Shown here: positions 58,001 through 64,000 of the stretch, piece after piece
How positions within the stretch are numbered: position 1 is the first letter of the stretch
Layout of the letters: each line of letters starts with the position of its first letter
Origin: a virus
Length of the DNA: 64,000 nt
Strand: one strand, 5' to 3'
IMG/VR virus record: IMGVR_UViG_3300043403_000051
Location: 19,055-83,054 of that record
Translations under genes and position numbers: made by a program
The notes under the pieces: generated by a model
Seen by the model: the letters and a program-made list of their open reading frames with translations, nothing else
Databases searched by the model: none
What the model was told of the DNA's origin: nothing

Positions 58001-60331
58001 TATAAGATTAATGTGGCTTATTCTAACTTCTTATCATCTAAGGGAATTGCTAATGAAAGAAAAGCACTTGAAGAATACTACAAGGCTAACTACATGCGTA
58101 AAGCATTCTCATACGAGCAAGTTGATTATGATGAAACTAAGAAAGAAATCATATATGACTTTGTTGAGAGATGGGCTTTCCATACTGAATACCTTGATGA
58201 TGTAAGAGCTAAAGAAAGAATTGAGTACTATAAATCAAAAGTATCACAAGCTAACTCAGCAGATAGAAGTGCCTTAATGGATATGTGGGATAAAAAAAAT
58301 CCTTTAAGTTCACCAAAGTATAAGAACTCTAAATTTGATGCATTAAAATCTGATAGTTATTTTAATTTACTTTATACTAACTACAAAGATTCAAATGATA
58401 AATTTGGTGAACGTAAGTTAAAATTTGGTATTATTCCACAAGCTAAAAAGAATAATGTATGGGTATCTGATTTGAAAAAAAGAGTTACTACTTTGAAAGA
58501 TAAAATAAAGAACTCTAAAAAATCTACAGGTAATAGTTTTAAAGATATTATATATAACGCAAAAGAGAAAGGTATTGTAATTGCTGATGAATTACTTGGG
58601 GCTGATTATTATGACCGTTCTTTAATTAACTTAACAAATACAGAATACTATAATATTCGTACAAGTTTTGTTATGCCTATTGAGGAATCAGATTTAGACT
58701 TTACTTTAAATGAAACTATTGTAGCTTTTTCTGCTGATGCTAATTCTTATTATACATTACGTTCAAATCAATCTTCCGCAGAAAATTTAAAATTACTTAT
58801 ACAAGGTAACCCATCACTAAATATAAATGCTCGTACTATTGTAAAGAAAAACAAAGGAGAAATCATTTGGGATTCAGTTTATAAGATGCCTAAAGTTAAA
58901 AGAGGTATTGATGCAAAAGTAAACAAACAAATCATACAAGACTTAAATGATATTTTTTATGGGGAATCTGAGTTCCAATCAGATAATATAGGCCCCATAA
59001 ATATAAATTTAAATAAACTTGCTAATAAAGTTGGTTTTTTTACTGCTATTAATAACATGACTCTTAACATTCCTGCATTCTTTAGGAATATGGGTATTGG
59101 TAATATAAATAATTTAGGAGCAGCTATTGGGGGTAGATATTGGACACCTACTGATTGGAAGAATGGATTAGCCGAATATAATAAATCTTTATTAAGAGGA
59201 GATTTTTTCAAAGATATGGCTACTGTAAGAAAAAGTAAAATAACTCAAATGGCTATGAGGTATGACGCTATTCAAGGTGAATATCGTGATGACTTAGGTC
59301 GTAAGGTTGTTGGTGGTTTTACAGATAAACTTTATAGTAAAGGTTCTTTATTCTTTTTACAACATGCTGCCGAACACCAAATTCAAATTACAGGTATGCT
59401 TTCCTTAATGAAAAATACAAAAGTAGATATTATTAAGAATGGTAAAACTGTTGACCAAGTAAGTTTATTTGATGCATACGTTGAGGATAAAGATGGTACA
59501 TATAAACTACGTGGAGATGTAATGTGGACACAAGAGCAAGATTTAAGGTTTACTAACCGCTTGCATAACATCTCTCGTGAGTTAAACGGTAACTACTCAC
59601 CTTTACATAAATCAGTTGCTCAAAGATACGCTCTTGGTAAACTTATGTTGCAATACCGTAAGTACATGTACGAACAGTTTAGAGCAAGATATGGTAGTAG
59701 AAGATTGGATTATGAACTTGGTGATGTTAAGGTAGGATACTATAGAAGATTCTTTAAGAAACTTACTGAGGAATTTAAAGATGGTTACTTTACTAACTTT
59801 ACTAAAAATTATAATAATGAATGGACAACTGTGGATAAAGATGCCGTTAAAAAAACAGCATACGAATTTGCAGTAATTGCAGGAACGGCTGTACTTGCCG
59901 TAATGATTGCCTCAATGGAGGATGATGATGACGATGACCTAATTCAGGACTACTCGCTTCTATTGCTTGTGGGAGCATATTCAGATATGTCCATGTATAG
60001 TTTTAATATTGGGCCTGAAATGTACAGACAGTTTAACAATCCTACAGCTTCATTGTTTACTATAAAGAAATCAATGGATGTAATGTTCCAATTGTTTACT
60101 TCCCCAGGTGAAGAATACGACCAGAGCGGATTTGGTTATGAAGCAGGAGAAAATAAACTATTAGTTAAATCAAGAAAACTAATACCTATTTATAATCAGT
60201 TACATAGGGCTATGAGTCCTGAACAAGTTTTAAAATTCTATGCATTAACTAAGAAAACTCCTTTGGACTCAAAGGATGAAACAAGTTTCACAGAAAGAAT
60301 TGTTGAAGGAATGTTTAAGGCAGATAATTAA
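52058..60331 (+). CDS. Giant polyvalent cargo protein with kinase-like and two zincin-like domains
   Basis: 2757 aa; GSDRDVY..VLKIAK...GD...WG...VDAG; PIHELAH; PIHEFLH; helical hydrophobic C terminus. Confidence 0.65.
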   Translation: MASCVFTYNEKNYSEQEFKNLLANGLLETLEGARQLKTKDRLPVTVSNKEDVEQVMKDIFLLEPEMANAVAGIYDAMGNAWVKDAGEGATKEDYYKTMGFDRAMLEDLSKKSGFLLQDPFVRMSIAIGYAFKENTGKVARELYDIKNLKMLSIKGSDRDVYDLENGKVLKIAKHPRGLMQNMHEGYAELVEQNLLPKVYERGLNYVVVDKAEKLDIIKHKWLLDKLSAMYNNINELHDAYANNDLDRVDKTTASLIEQLIGASFGTYSEYDILWGDIVKEDSWGVDSKGNVMLVDAGVLAGPAAFEKFDGVNTLDDAEFVKIKTRSDAAAAKYGDVLTLPRTLMYQNSQLDRTINYFKLQPKQVGVNITGYTTKADKPTPEFINRIHTWLQEQKINDIGVRLDMTHKVIKFYPKPNQNNLLFQDNFERLFDAAFILADMDTSKLSGNLKFVDLISALHKTNEWIDKYVGFRKYYNIVTDIETMIGTYGKVKNEEGYTQSESVLQELLKLAKTYLNESSLYNQGPKAAIQLGDTFDIIYALTNPNVSSPIHELAHKWERNLTKDERKIVMDWAEDKKWTRETSEKFARGFEKYLAEGKAPFPELQAIFEKFKEWLTQIYNGITGSDIDVELNDTMRQVYARMLGAEAKQAIKEKVTRPLQFLVPNPKAKNYIPHKMAITSFYKKGGYEEALQNYEIQPDEVRAILKQLGYNTIQIEAVIWRGDADNLASLQDISTWAAVPLEMNDYAFMAAVDQAEKTGLLEEAIVNDMIDPATVKDINEYLKKHNNSLDGLTMLTANQKIAENIELDDNQLEVAEQLINEEIQKEEQNEEERQEEGLLEETPSEETQEEPKQEPTEERAPVEVRPKPIRKTVNKKEAVKQDKEEKELEVRERASDKFKKSVTYGNVYAEDIIKFFKTKLKINKSNGDKPYLLSYWVDETYASTPKAERFNEMFKDFSEKNKNDEDVVNFEDIYAEASAELYNMLSTTVSNPTEFEVAFRDMIELSDLVDKVDTLITYEGLDSAKQNIDKAATKKEEKVKELKQKAIAAEKAADEEKVKRQTLAEQEAETTKEPIEKDLINEFDEIEFVKGDDVKFENKKYQIEDISVTGRVTLTPIYPNGNHGFVSKNEAEFVYTIESKLKKVPKPRTYQEHLVGIAERMQQIFPNIPFEIGNFKGDFIGRFYQGKVYINNRTADAETPIHEFLHPFVYILDKDNPTLYNNLMDELQSVKLGQTIINEVKSDKSYNDLDEKEQMNEALTRYLSKLIKEVFDTNGKIIAEKLEEKRQTLKDFISYWWNKLRDFIFGEKTGATLDSFVKKLQDSELGSKYKFNIIDTLKDDKVFTLDQNGVKNIFFNKSKFKKDKAGRASLIDTTPEILFEPIKDDLDVESKEFVKTKLADYTQSTTSTNSLTDDEKTVLFDFKDSALEIEDIKPDMVVEVKNKKGEVVNKGVFIRFSVEGGRDTYVIVPEGKKDEKKYMYNFVTLHDTLDNHIFAKYYPVGDKIQTTYAYDRIEFKNKISNEIEGYLYDYKLPNGNKKYTFLDLKNQIYENYNSKDTAINSFLDIRSTEVSVNDYNKLITVASNEAKGRNNIKATVSEYTQINYQPDNNKLIFKKPKLGSKVSSEKTISNVTQDNLASYVGETHAALINDEIKKGIFSEANTTVNGQPIIIKYITIPINHKALTAEGLSDREKGKMYISSFPANMGLQGLADFIITMENVAYSTEGHDAAFKKMDLFLKAASINKVDVKSWMEREAKKAKVMKDTGERRVAGGSGFLINEAKDILENIFDRYEKKEIDEATAVLEYIRGAMVALRQANSILRTEVQTKLGKTLTPLEVKEMNTKFFEISTLYSHYASIGTLINKHSDLIRLDEKNKFKLVIAEVATLKAEMNGMALSLVTEWLYPKYEQQMRGFEKSENFKEGDILTKDDFKNKLKSGDEDSSIFTYWMGATINTRDPIAAISKLAMVDAIQENHRKDDETMYKINVAYSNFLSSKGIANERKALEEYYKANYMRKAFSYEQVDYDETKKEIIYDFVERWAFHTEYLDDVRAKERIEYYKSKVSQANSADRSALMDMWDKKNPLSSPKYKNSKFDALKSDSYFNLLYTNYKDSNDKFGERKLKFGIIPQAKKNNVWVSDLKKRVTTLKDKIKNSKKSTGNSFKDIIYNAKEKGIVIADELLGADYYDRSLINLTNTEYYNIRTSFVMPIEESDLDFTLNETIVAFSADANSYYTLRSNQSSAENLKLLIQGNPSLNINARTIVKKNKGEIIWDSVYKMPKVKRGIDAKVNKQIIQDLNDIFYGESEFQSDNIGPININLNKLANKVGFFTAINNMTLNIPAFFRNMGIGNINNLGAAIGGRYWTPTDWKNGLAEYNKSLLRGDFFKDMATVRKSKITQMAMRYDAIQGEYRDDLGRKVVGGFTDKLYSKGSLFFLQHAAEHQIQITGMLSLMKNTKVDIIKNGKTVDQVSLFDAYVEDKDGTYKLRGDVMWTQEQDLRFTNRLHNISRELNGNYSPLHKSVAQRYALGKLMLQYRKYMYEQFRARYGSRRLDYELGDVKVGYYRRFFKKLTEEFKDGYFTNFTKNYNNEWTTVDKDAVKKTAYEFAVIAGTAVLAVMIASMEDDDDDDLIQDYSLLLLVGAYSDMSMYSFNIGPEMYRQFNNPTASLFTIKKSMDVMFQLFTSPGEEYDQSGFGYEAGENKLLVKSRKLIPIYNQLHRAMSPEQVLKFYALTKKTPLDSKDETSFTERIVEGMFKADN

Positions 60332-60334
60332 AAT

Positions 60335-60363
60335 AAAAAAAGGGGGATTAATTTCCCCCTTTT
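60335..60363. terminator. Bidirectional terminator between convergent blocks
   Basis: AAAAGGGGGA-TTAATT-TCCCCCTTTT with A run upstream and T run downstream. Confidence 0.88.
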
Positions 60364-60371
60364 CTTTTAGT

Positions 60372-60599
60372 TTATGTAGGTATTTCTACTTTTTTAGGTT
60401 GTGGTCTAATTGCATCAGGATTTTGTTTTGGTGCTTCTGCTTTTGGTTGTAACTGTTCATTAATTTGAGCAGTTATTTTTGTTAATAGGGGGTGCATTGT
60501 TTGGTAAGGTACACCAGTAGTTGTCATTAACACACTAACCAATAGGTTAATTTCATTTTCATTTAGAGTTACTCCGAACTCCCGTAATTGTTTTTCCAT
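60372..60599 (-). CDS. Hypothetical protein
   Basis: Last ORF of the minus-strand operon. Confidence 0.6.
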   Translation of the reverse strand: MEKQLREFGVTLNENEINLLVSVLMTTTGVPYQTMHPLLTKITAQINEQLQPKAEAPKQNPDAIRPQPKKVEIPT

Positions 60600-60600
60600 T

Positions 60601-60897
60601 TTATTTAGTATTTTTAAGTTTTATAATTTCAGCAGCTTCTTCATAATCTTCACGCTCAACAGCATCTTTCAGAGAATCCTCTAACCCATGCTCAATCATC
60701 AGTGTAAAGTCAGTAGGTATAATTTGTGAATAACTTATTACATGGAGCATATCCATTGACGTAAAATTAAGTGTTTTCACAATGATACCTTCATCGGGTT
60801 TTTCATCTATGTTTATTTCTACAATACCTTCTGTAGAAAACTTCTCTAACAAGGCATCATTAATTTCTGGTAATTTCGTAACTAATTGTTCTATCAT
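60601..60897 (-). CDS. Protein with C-terminal UVR (UvrB/C) motif
   Basis: LKDAVEREDYEEAAEI. Confidence 0.65.
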   Translation of the reverse strand: MIEQLVTKLPEINDALLEKFSTEGIVEINIDEKPDEGIIVKTLNFTSMDMLHVISYSQIIPTDFTLMIEHGLEDSLKDAVEREDYEEAAEIIKLKNTK

Positions 60898-60902
60898 ATT
60901 TA

Positions 60903-61247
60903 TTATTTTAATTGTTTTGTAAATGGTGTAATAAACTCATTACCTGTTGTTTGAAAAGGTATAACTTCCATCAATTCATCTTCAACTTCAAAGAACACAT
61001 CTGATTCTCTAATCATAAAGTATGACTCTCCTTTATACATCACTCCCATCGGTTGTCTATCGTTAAACGCTATTATAGCCCCTTCCTGAACTGTTGTATC
61101 AGGCCCTGCACAGATTACTTGACCATACCCTGTATCCCGCTTATCAGCCTCTGCTGTGTGCGTACCAAGGATAATTCCTCCTTGTGTCTTTGCTTGGATG
61201 TCTACTTTCTTAAATAGAATCCTGTTTTGTTTCATTTTAAATTCCAT
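60903..61247 (-). CDS. groES: Co-chaperonin GroES-like protein
   Basis: NRIL...KTQGGIIL...GQVICAGP...Y.MIRESDV. Confidence 0.85.
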   Translation of the reverse strand: MEFKMKQNRILFKKVDIQAKTQGGIILGTHTAEADKRDTGYGQVICAGPDTTVQEGAIIAFNDRQPMGVMYKGESYFMIRESDVFFEVEDELMEVIPFQTTGNEFITPFTKQLK

Positions 61248-61270
61248 ACTATTTTTATTTTAATTGTTAA

Positions 61271-61711
61271 TTACTTTCCTGTCGAGCCAAAGCCCCCTGT
61301 TCCACGCTCAGTTTCACTTAATTTATCAACTTCACTAAAGCTAAATCTTGGGGCATATTTAATAAGAAGTTGTGCAACTCTGTCCCCAACCTCATACATA
61401 GTATTATGACTTATTTTAGAATGTCCTCCCTGAATGGTTTTAAATTTTAAAATAATTTCTCCCCTGTATCCACTATCAATAGTACCAGGAGAATTAACCA
61501 ACATTAACTCATACTTGGATATAGAACTTCTTGGTCTAATTTCTCCCTCAAAACCATCAGGTATTTCTATTGCAATATCTGTACCATAACACACATTACC
61601 ATAGTCATCATAAAACATGCGTGTTGCTACCAAATCCATTCCTGCGTCCCCTTCCTTACCATACGCAGGAATTACTCCGCTTTCTGATAATCTTTTAATT
61701 TTTACATCCAT
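61271..61711 (-). CDS. dut: dUTPase (trimeric)
   Basis: AGMDL, RPRSS, GTIDSGYRGE, RVAQL, RGTGGFGSTG. Confidence 0.96.
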   Translation of the reverse strand: MDVKIKRLSESGVIPAYGKEGDAGMDLVATRMFYDDYGNVCYGTDIAIEIPDGFEGEIRPRSSISKYELMLVNSPGTIDSGYRGEIILKFKTIQGGHSKISHNTMYEVGDRVAQLLIKYAPRFSFSEVDKLSETERGTGGFGSTGK

Positions 61712-61950
61712 TTTTTAATTACATTTTTATATTGTGATTCAATTTCTTTTTGGTCATACACCAAACTTTCCCATAAACTTGATACGTCTGTAGGGTTTCT
61801 GTCAAATAATAGTTGTATGTATTCATAGACTGCTAATTTACTTGCAGCCTTAGCATCAAAGTAACTTAATACTTCAAACGCTTCTTTTCCCATTACGGGT
61901 AAGTCAAATGAATGCCCATCAATGTAGGCTTGTGTTTTATTTAGTTCCAT
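61702..61950 (-). CDS. Hypothetical protein
   Basis: In operon, overlapping the dut start. Confidence 0.55.
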   Translation of the reverse strand: MELNKTQAYIDGHSFDLPVMGKEAFEVLSYFDAKAASKLAVYEYIQLLFDRNPTDVSSLWESLVYDQKEIESQYKNVIKKWM

Positions 61951-62066
61951 AATTAATATTTTTGTTTTTAGCTAATAAGAAACATTTCAAATACTCTTTA
62001 TCTATAATTTTTATTAATGGGTTATTTTTCTTTATCTCTTTTTTCCATTTTCGTGGAATTCTTAAT

Positions 62067-62408
62067 TTATTTTCCATAATTTATATATTGTTTAAATTTT
62101 TCTACTTGTTCATCAATATTATGCGCACTAAGAGTCATTATCTGAAGATGTCCTGCTCTATCTTCTCTATCTGATAAAGTGAGAAGAGCATAAGGAATAT
62201 CGTTAATATGGTCATCAATTGATATCCATATTCCTTTATAAGGATACAACTTTCCTACACCTTCTAAAAGATGTATAAAATGGTCAGTTGATATTATGTT
62301 ACCTTTAAAGGCTATTTCAAACTTTGGTGACTCTTGAATTATTAAAAGTTCTGAATCATCTTTAGACACTATGGCAAGGGCATATCTTGTTAATATATTA
62401 TTTTCCAT
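62067..62408 (-). CDS. Hypothetical protein
   Basis: In operon. Confidence 0.6.
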   Translation of the reverse strand: MENNILTRYALAIVSKDDSELLIIQESPKFEIAFKGNIISTDHFIHLLEGVGKLYPYKGIWISIDDHINDIPYALLTLSDREDRAGHLQIMTLSAHNIDEQVEKFKQYINYGK

Positions 62409-62838
62409 ATTTTTCTTTTATGTGTAAATATTTTGTGTAGGTGTTTGGCATTAACATTTCTCTACGTTTATCTGTTAAGTGATGCCACAGACTGTGTTGT
62501 TCTAATGTAAGAAGTACGCAATTATCAATATCAAAAGCTGCTTCGGGGTGTTTGTCTTTTTCTAATAGGTGGTGTATATGCCACTTATGAAAGGTGTATA
62601 ATTTTTCACCACTCTCCCAACAAACTTTGTTTTGAGAATCCCATACCTCTTTATAGAATTTATTTAATCTATTATAATCTAAAGCTTTTCCTTCCTTAAC
62701 TTTCTTTTCCATGCGTAATTTTGATTGATTAACTAATCGAATAGTGTTACATCGTGGACATAACTTTTTACTTTTATTATAGATTATCTTTGTTTCTCCA
62801 CAACCTGCACAAATTCCTTCTTTATATTTAATTATCAT
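62398..62838 (-). CDS. Zn-finger plus HNH-like nuclease
   Basis: CAGC...CPRC; CWESG...HIHHLL...DNCVLL...H. Confidence 0.7.
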   Translation of the reverse strand: MIIKYKEGICAGCGETKIIYNKSKKLCPRCNTIRLVNQSKLRMEKKVKEGKALDYNRLNKFYKEVWDSQNKVCWESGEKLYTFHKWHIHHLLEKDKHPEAAFDIDNCVLLTLEQHSLWHHLTDKRREMLMPNTYTKYLHIKEKYGK

Positions 62839-63820
62839 TTGCTAAGCTTTGTAAAACAAGTTCTTTAATTTCCTCTCTTAGTTCAGGATTTGTATTCATT
62901 AACTCTTGAAATTTAGGAGAACCTTGTATCTTCAAATCTTTGTAAGCAAGCCATGCACCACCTTTATGCACGATATCTCTTTCAATAGCAATCTCTAAAA
63001 TTTCACCATCTTGGTCAATACCTCTACCGAAGTAAATATCAAACTCTGCTGATTTAAATGGCCTACCTACTTTATTTTTACGAACAGATACTTTAACCTT
63101 AATACCCACAGCTTCATCTTTTACTTTAAGAACATCTTTCCTGCGAATATCAAGACGAACTGATGCTGCAAACTTTAACGCATTACCACCTGGAGTTGTT
63201 TCAGGACTACCATACATTACCCCAAGTTTATCCCGTAATTGATTCACATATATAACCAAAGTATTAGATGCTGCTGCATAGGGAACAATCTTACGTAACC
63301 CTTGCCCCATAAGCCTTGCATTAACACCCATTTTAGAGGCACCAACCTCATCGTCAAGCTCCTCTTGTGGCACCAAAGCAGCTACAGAGTCTATAACTAT
63401 AACATCAAAGGCATTACTCTTTAAAAGCTCAATAACAATGTTCAAAACTTCTTGTGTACTATTGGGTTGTGCTAAGTGAAGCTCATCTATATTAACACCT
63501 AATGTTGTTGCATATTCAGAATCAATACTGTGTTCAACATCAATATACGCACAGATACCGTCGCGCTTCTGCGATTCAGCTATAATGTGTTGGCAAAGGG
63601 TAGATTTTCCACTTGATTCAGACCCATATATCTCAACAATCCTGCCTTTTGGTAATCCGCCAATACCAAGAGCAATATCTAAACCAAGAGAACCTGTTGG
63701 GATAGCCTCATATTTACCAAAGTTATTTTTAGACATATCAATTATACTACCCTCACCATGCGTCTTTCTTACCGTAGCTACCGCAGCATTTGCTTTTTTT
63801 AATTTCTCTTCTTTTGTCAT
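62828..63820 (-). CDS. recA: RecA recombinase
   Basis: TGSLGLDIALGIGGLPKGRIVEIYGSESSGKST, VIDSVAAL, NQLRDK.GVMYGSPETTPGGNALKF. Confidence 0.97.
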   Translation of the reverse strand: MTKEEKLKKANAAVATVRKTHGEGSIIDMSKNNFGKYEAIPTGSLGLDIALGIGGLPKGRIVEIYGSESSGKSTLCQHIIAESQKRDGICAYIDVEHSIDSEYATTLGVNIDELHLAQPNSTQEVLNIVIELLKSNAFDVIVIDSVAALVPQEELDDEVGASKMGVNARLMGQGLRKIVPYAAASNTLVIYVNQLRDKLGVMYGSPETTPGGNALKFAASVRLDIRRKDVLKVKDEAVGIKVKVSVRKNKVGRPFKSAEFDIYFGRGIDQDGEILEIAIERDIVHKGGAWLAYKDLKIQGSPKFQELMNTNPELREEIKELVLQSLANDN

Positions 63821-63825
63821 ATTTA

Positions 63826-64000
63826 TTATTTAAAGTTTTTCTTCCAATTAATAATTTTACGTAAATCACCTTGGTTGAGGATAATTATTTCCTCTAACAC
63901 TTGATGAGAAACTCCTTTTAAAATAGCTTCATTTTCTATATCAGAAAACAGCTTAAAATAATTATCTCTATTTGTAGCTAAATAATTATCATTAAGAGGG
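63826..64000 (-). CDS. 3' end of a CDS truncated by the window edge
   Basis: Open frame PLNDNYL...GDLRKIINWKKNFK ending in TAA just before recA. Confidence 0.55.
   Translation of the reverse strand, partial: PLNDNYLATNRDNYFKLFSDIENEAILKGVSHQVLEEIIILNQGDLRKIINWKKNFK

Noticed and set aside
4632-59571. Numerous short antisense and alternate-frame ORFs inside the long plus-strand genes
   Set aside because: Shadow ORFs with no motifs, fully nested in well-supported genes.
4462-60331. Stop-codon reassignment as seen in some crAss-like phages
   Set aside because: Long genes are intact in the standard code, TAG and TGA end genes at tight overlaps (16599, 21619, 22713), and no suppressor tRNA is seen.

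Overview
AT-rich 64 kb segment of a large dsDNA phage with Crassvirales-like virion gene order, most likely infecting a Bacteroidota host (several TTTG-N19/20-TAnnTTTG promoters). Order: tRNA region with 15 complete tRNAs, an RNase H-like YkuK gene and a GIY-YIG endonuclease (1-2.8 kb); terminase, portal, scaffold-like protein, major capsid and head proteins (2.9-16 kb); fibre, lysis and accessory genes (16-33.7 kb); ring, IHF-like and muzzle tail genes (33.8-40.8 kb); very large putative ejected cargo proteins (40.8-60.3 kb); a convergent minus-strand block with GroES, dUTPase, HNH and RecA. Main discovery: two tRNA operons are each headed by a promoter, a short unannotated leader ORF and an intrinsic terminator with a matching antiterminator. 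Each leader has an unbroken run of codons read by exactly the tRNAs encoded downstream (Tyr/Ser/Leu; Thr/Arg/His/Gln/Phe/Trp/Pro). This looks like ribosome-mediated attenuation that turns on phage tRNA synthesis when those tRNAs run short. All calls were made by eye; no database searches or folding programs were run.
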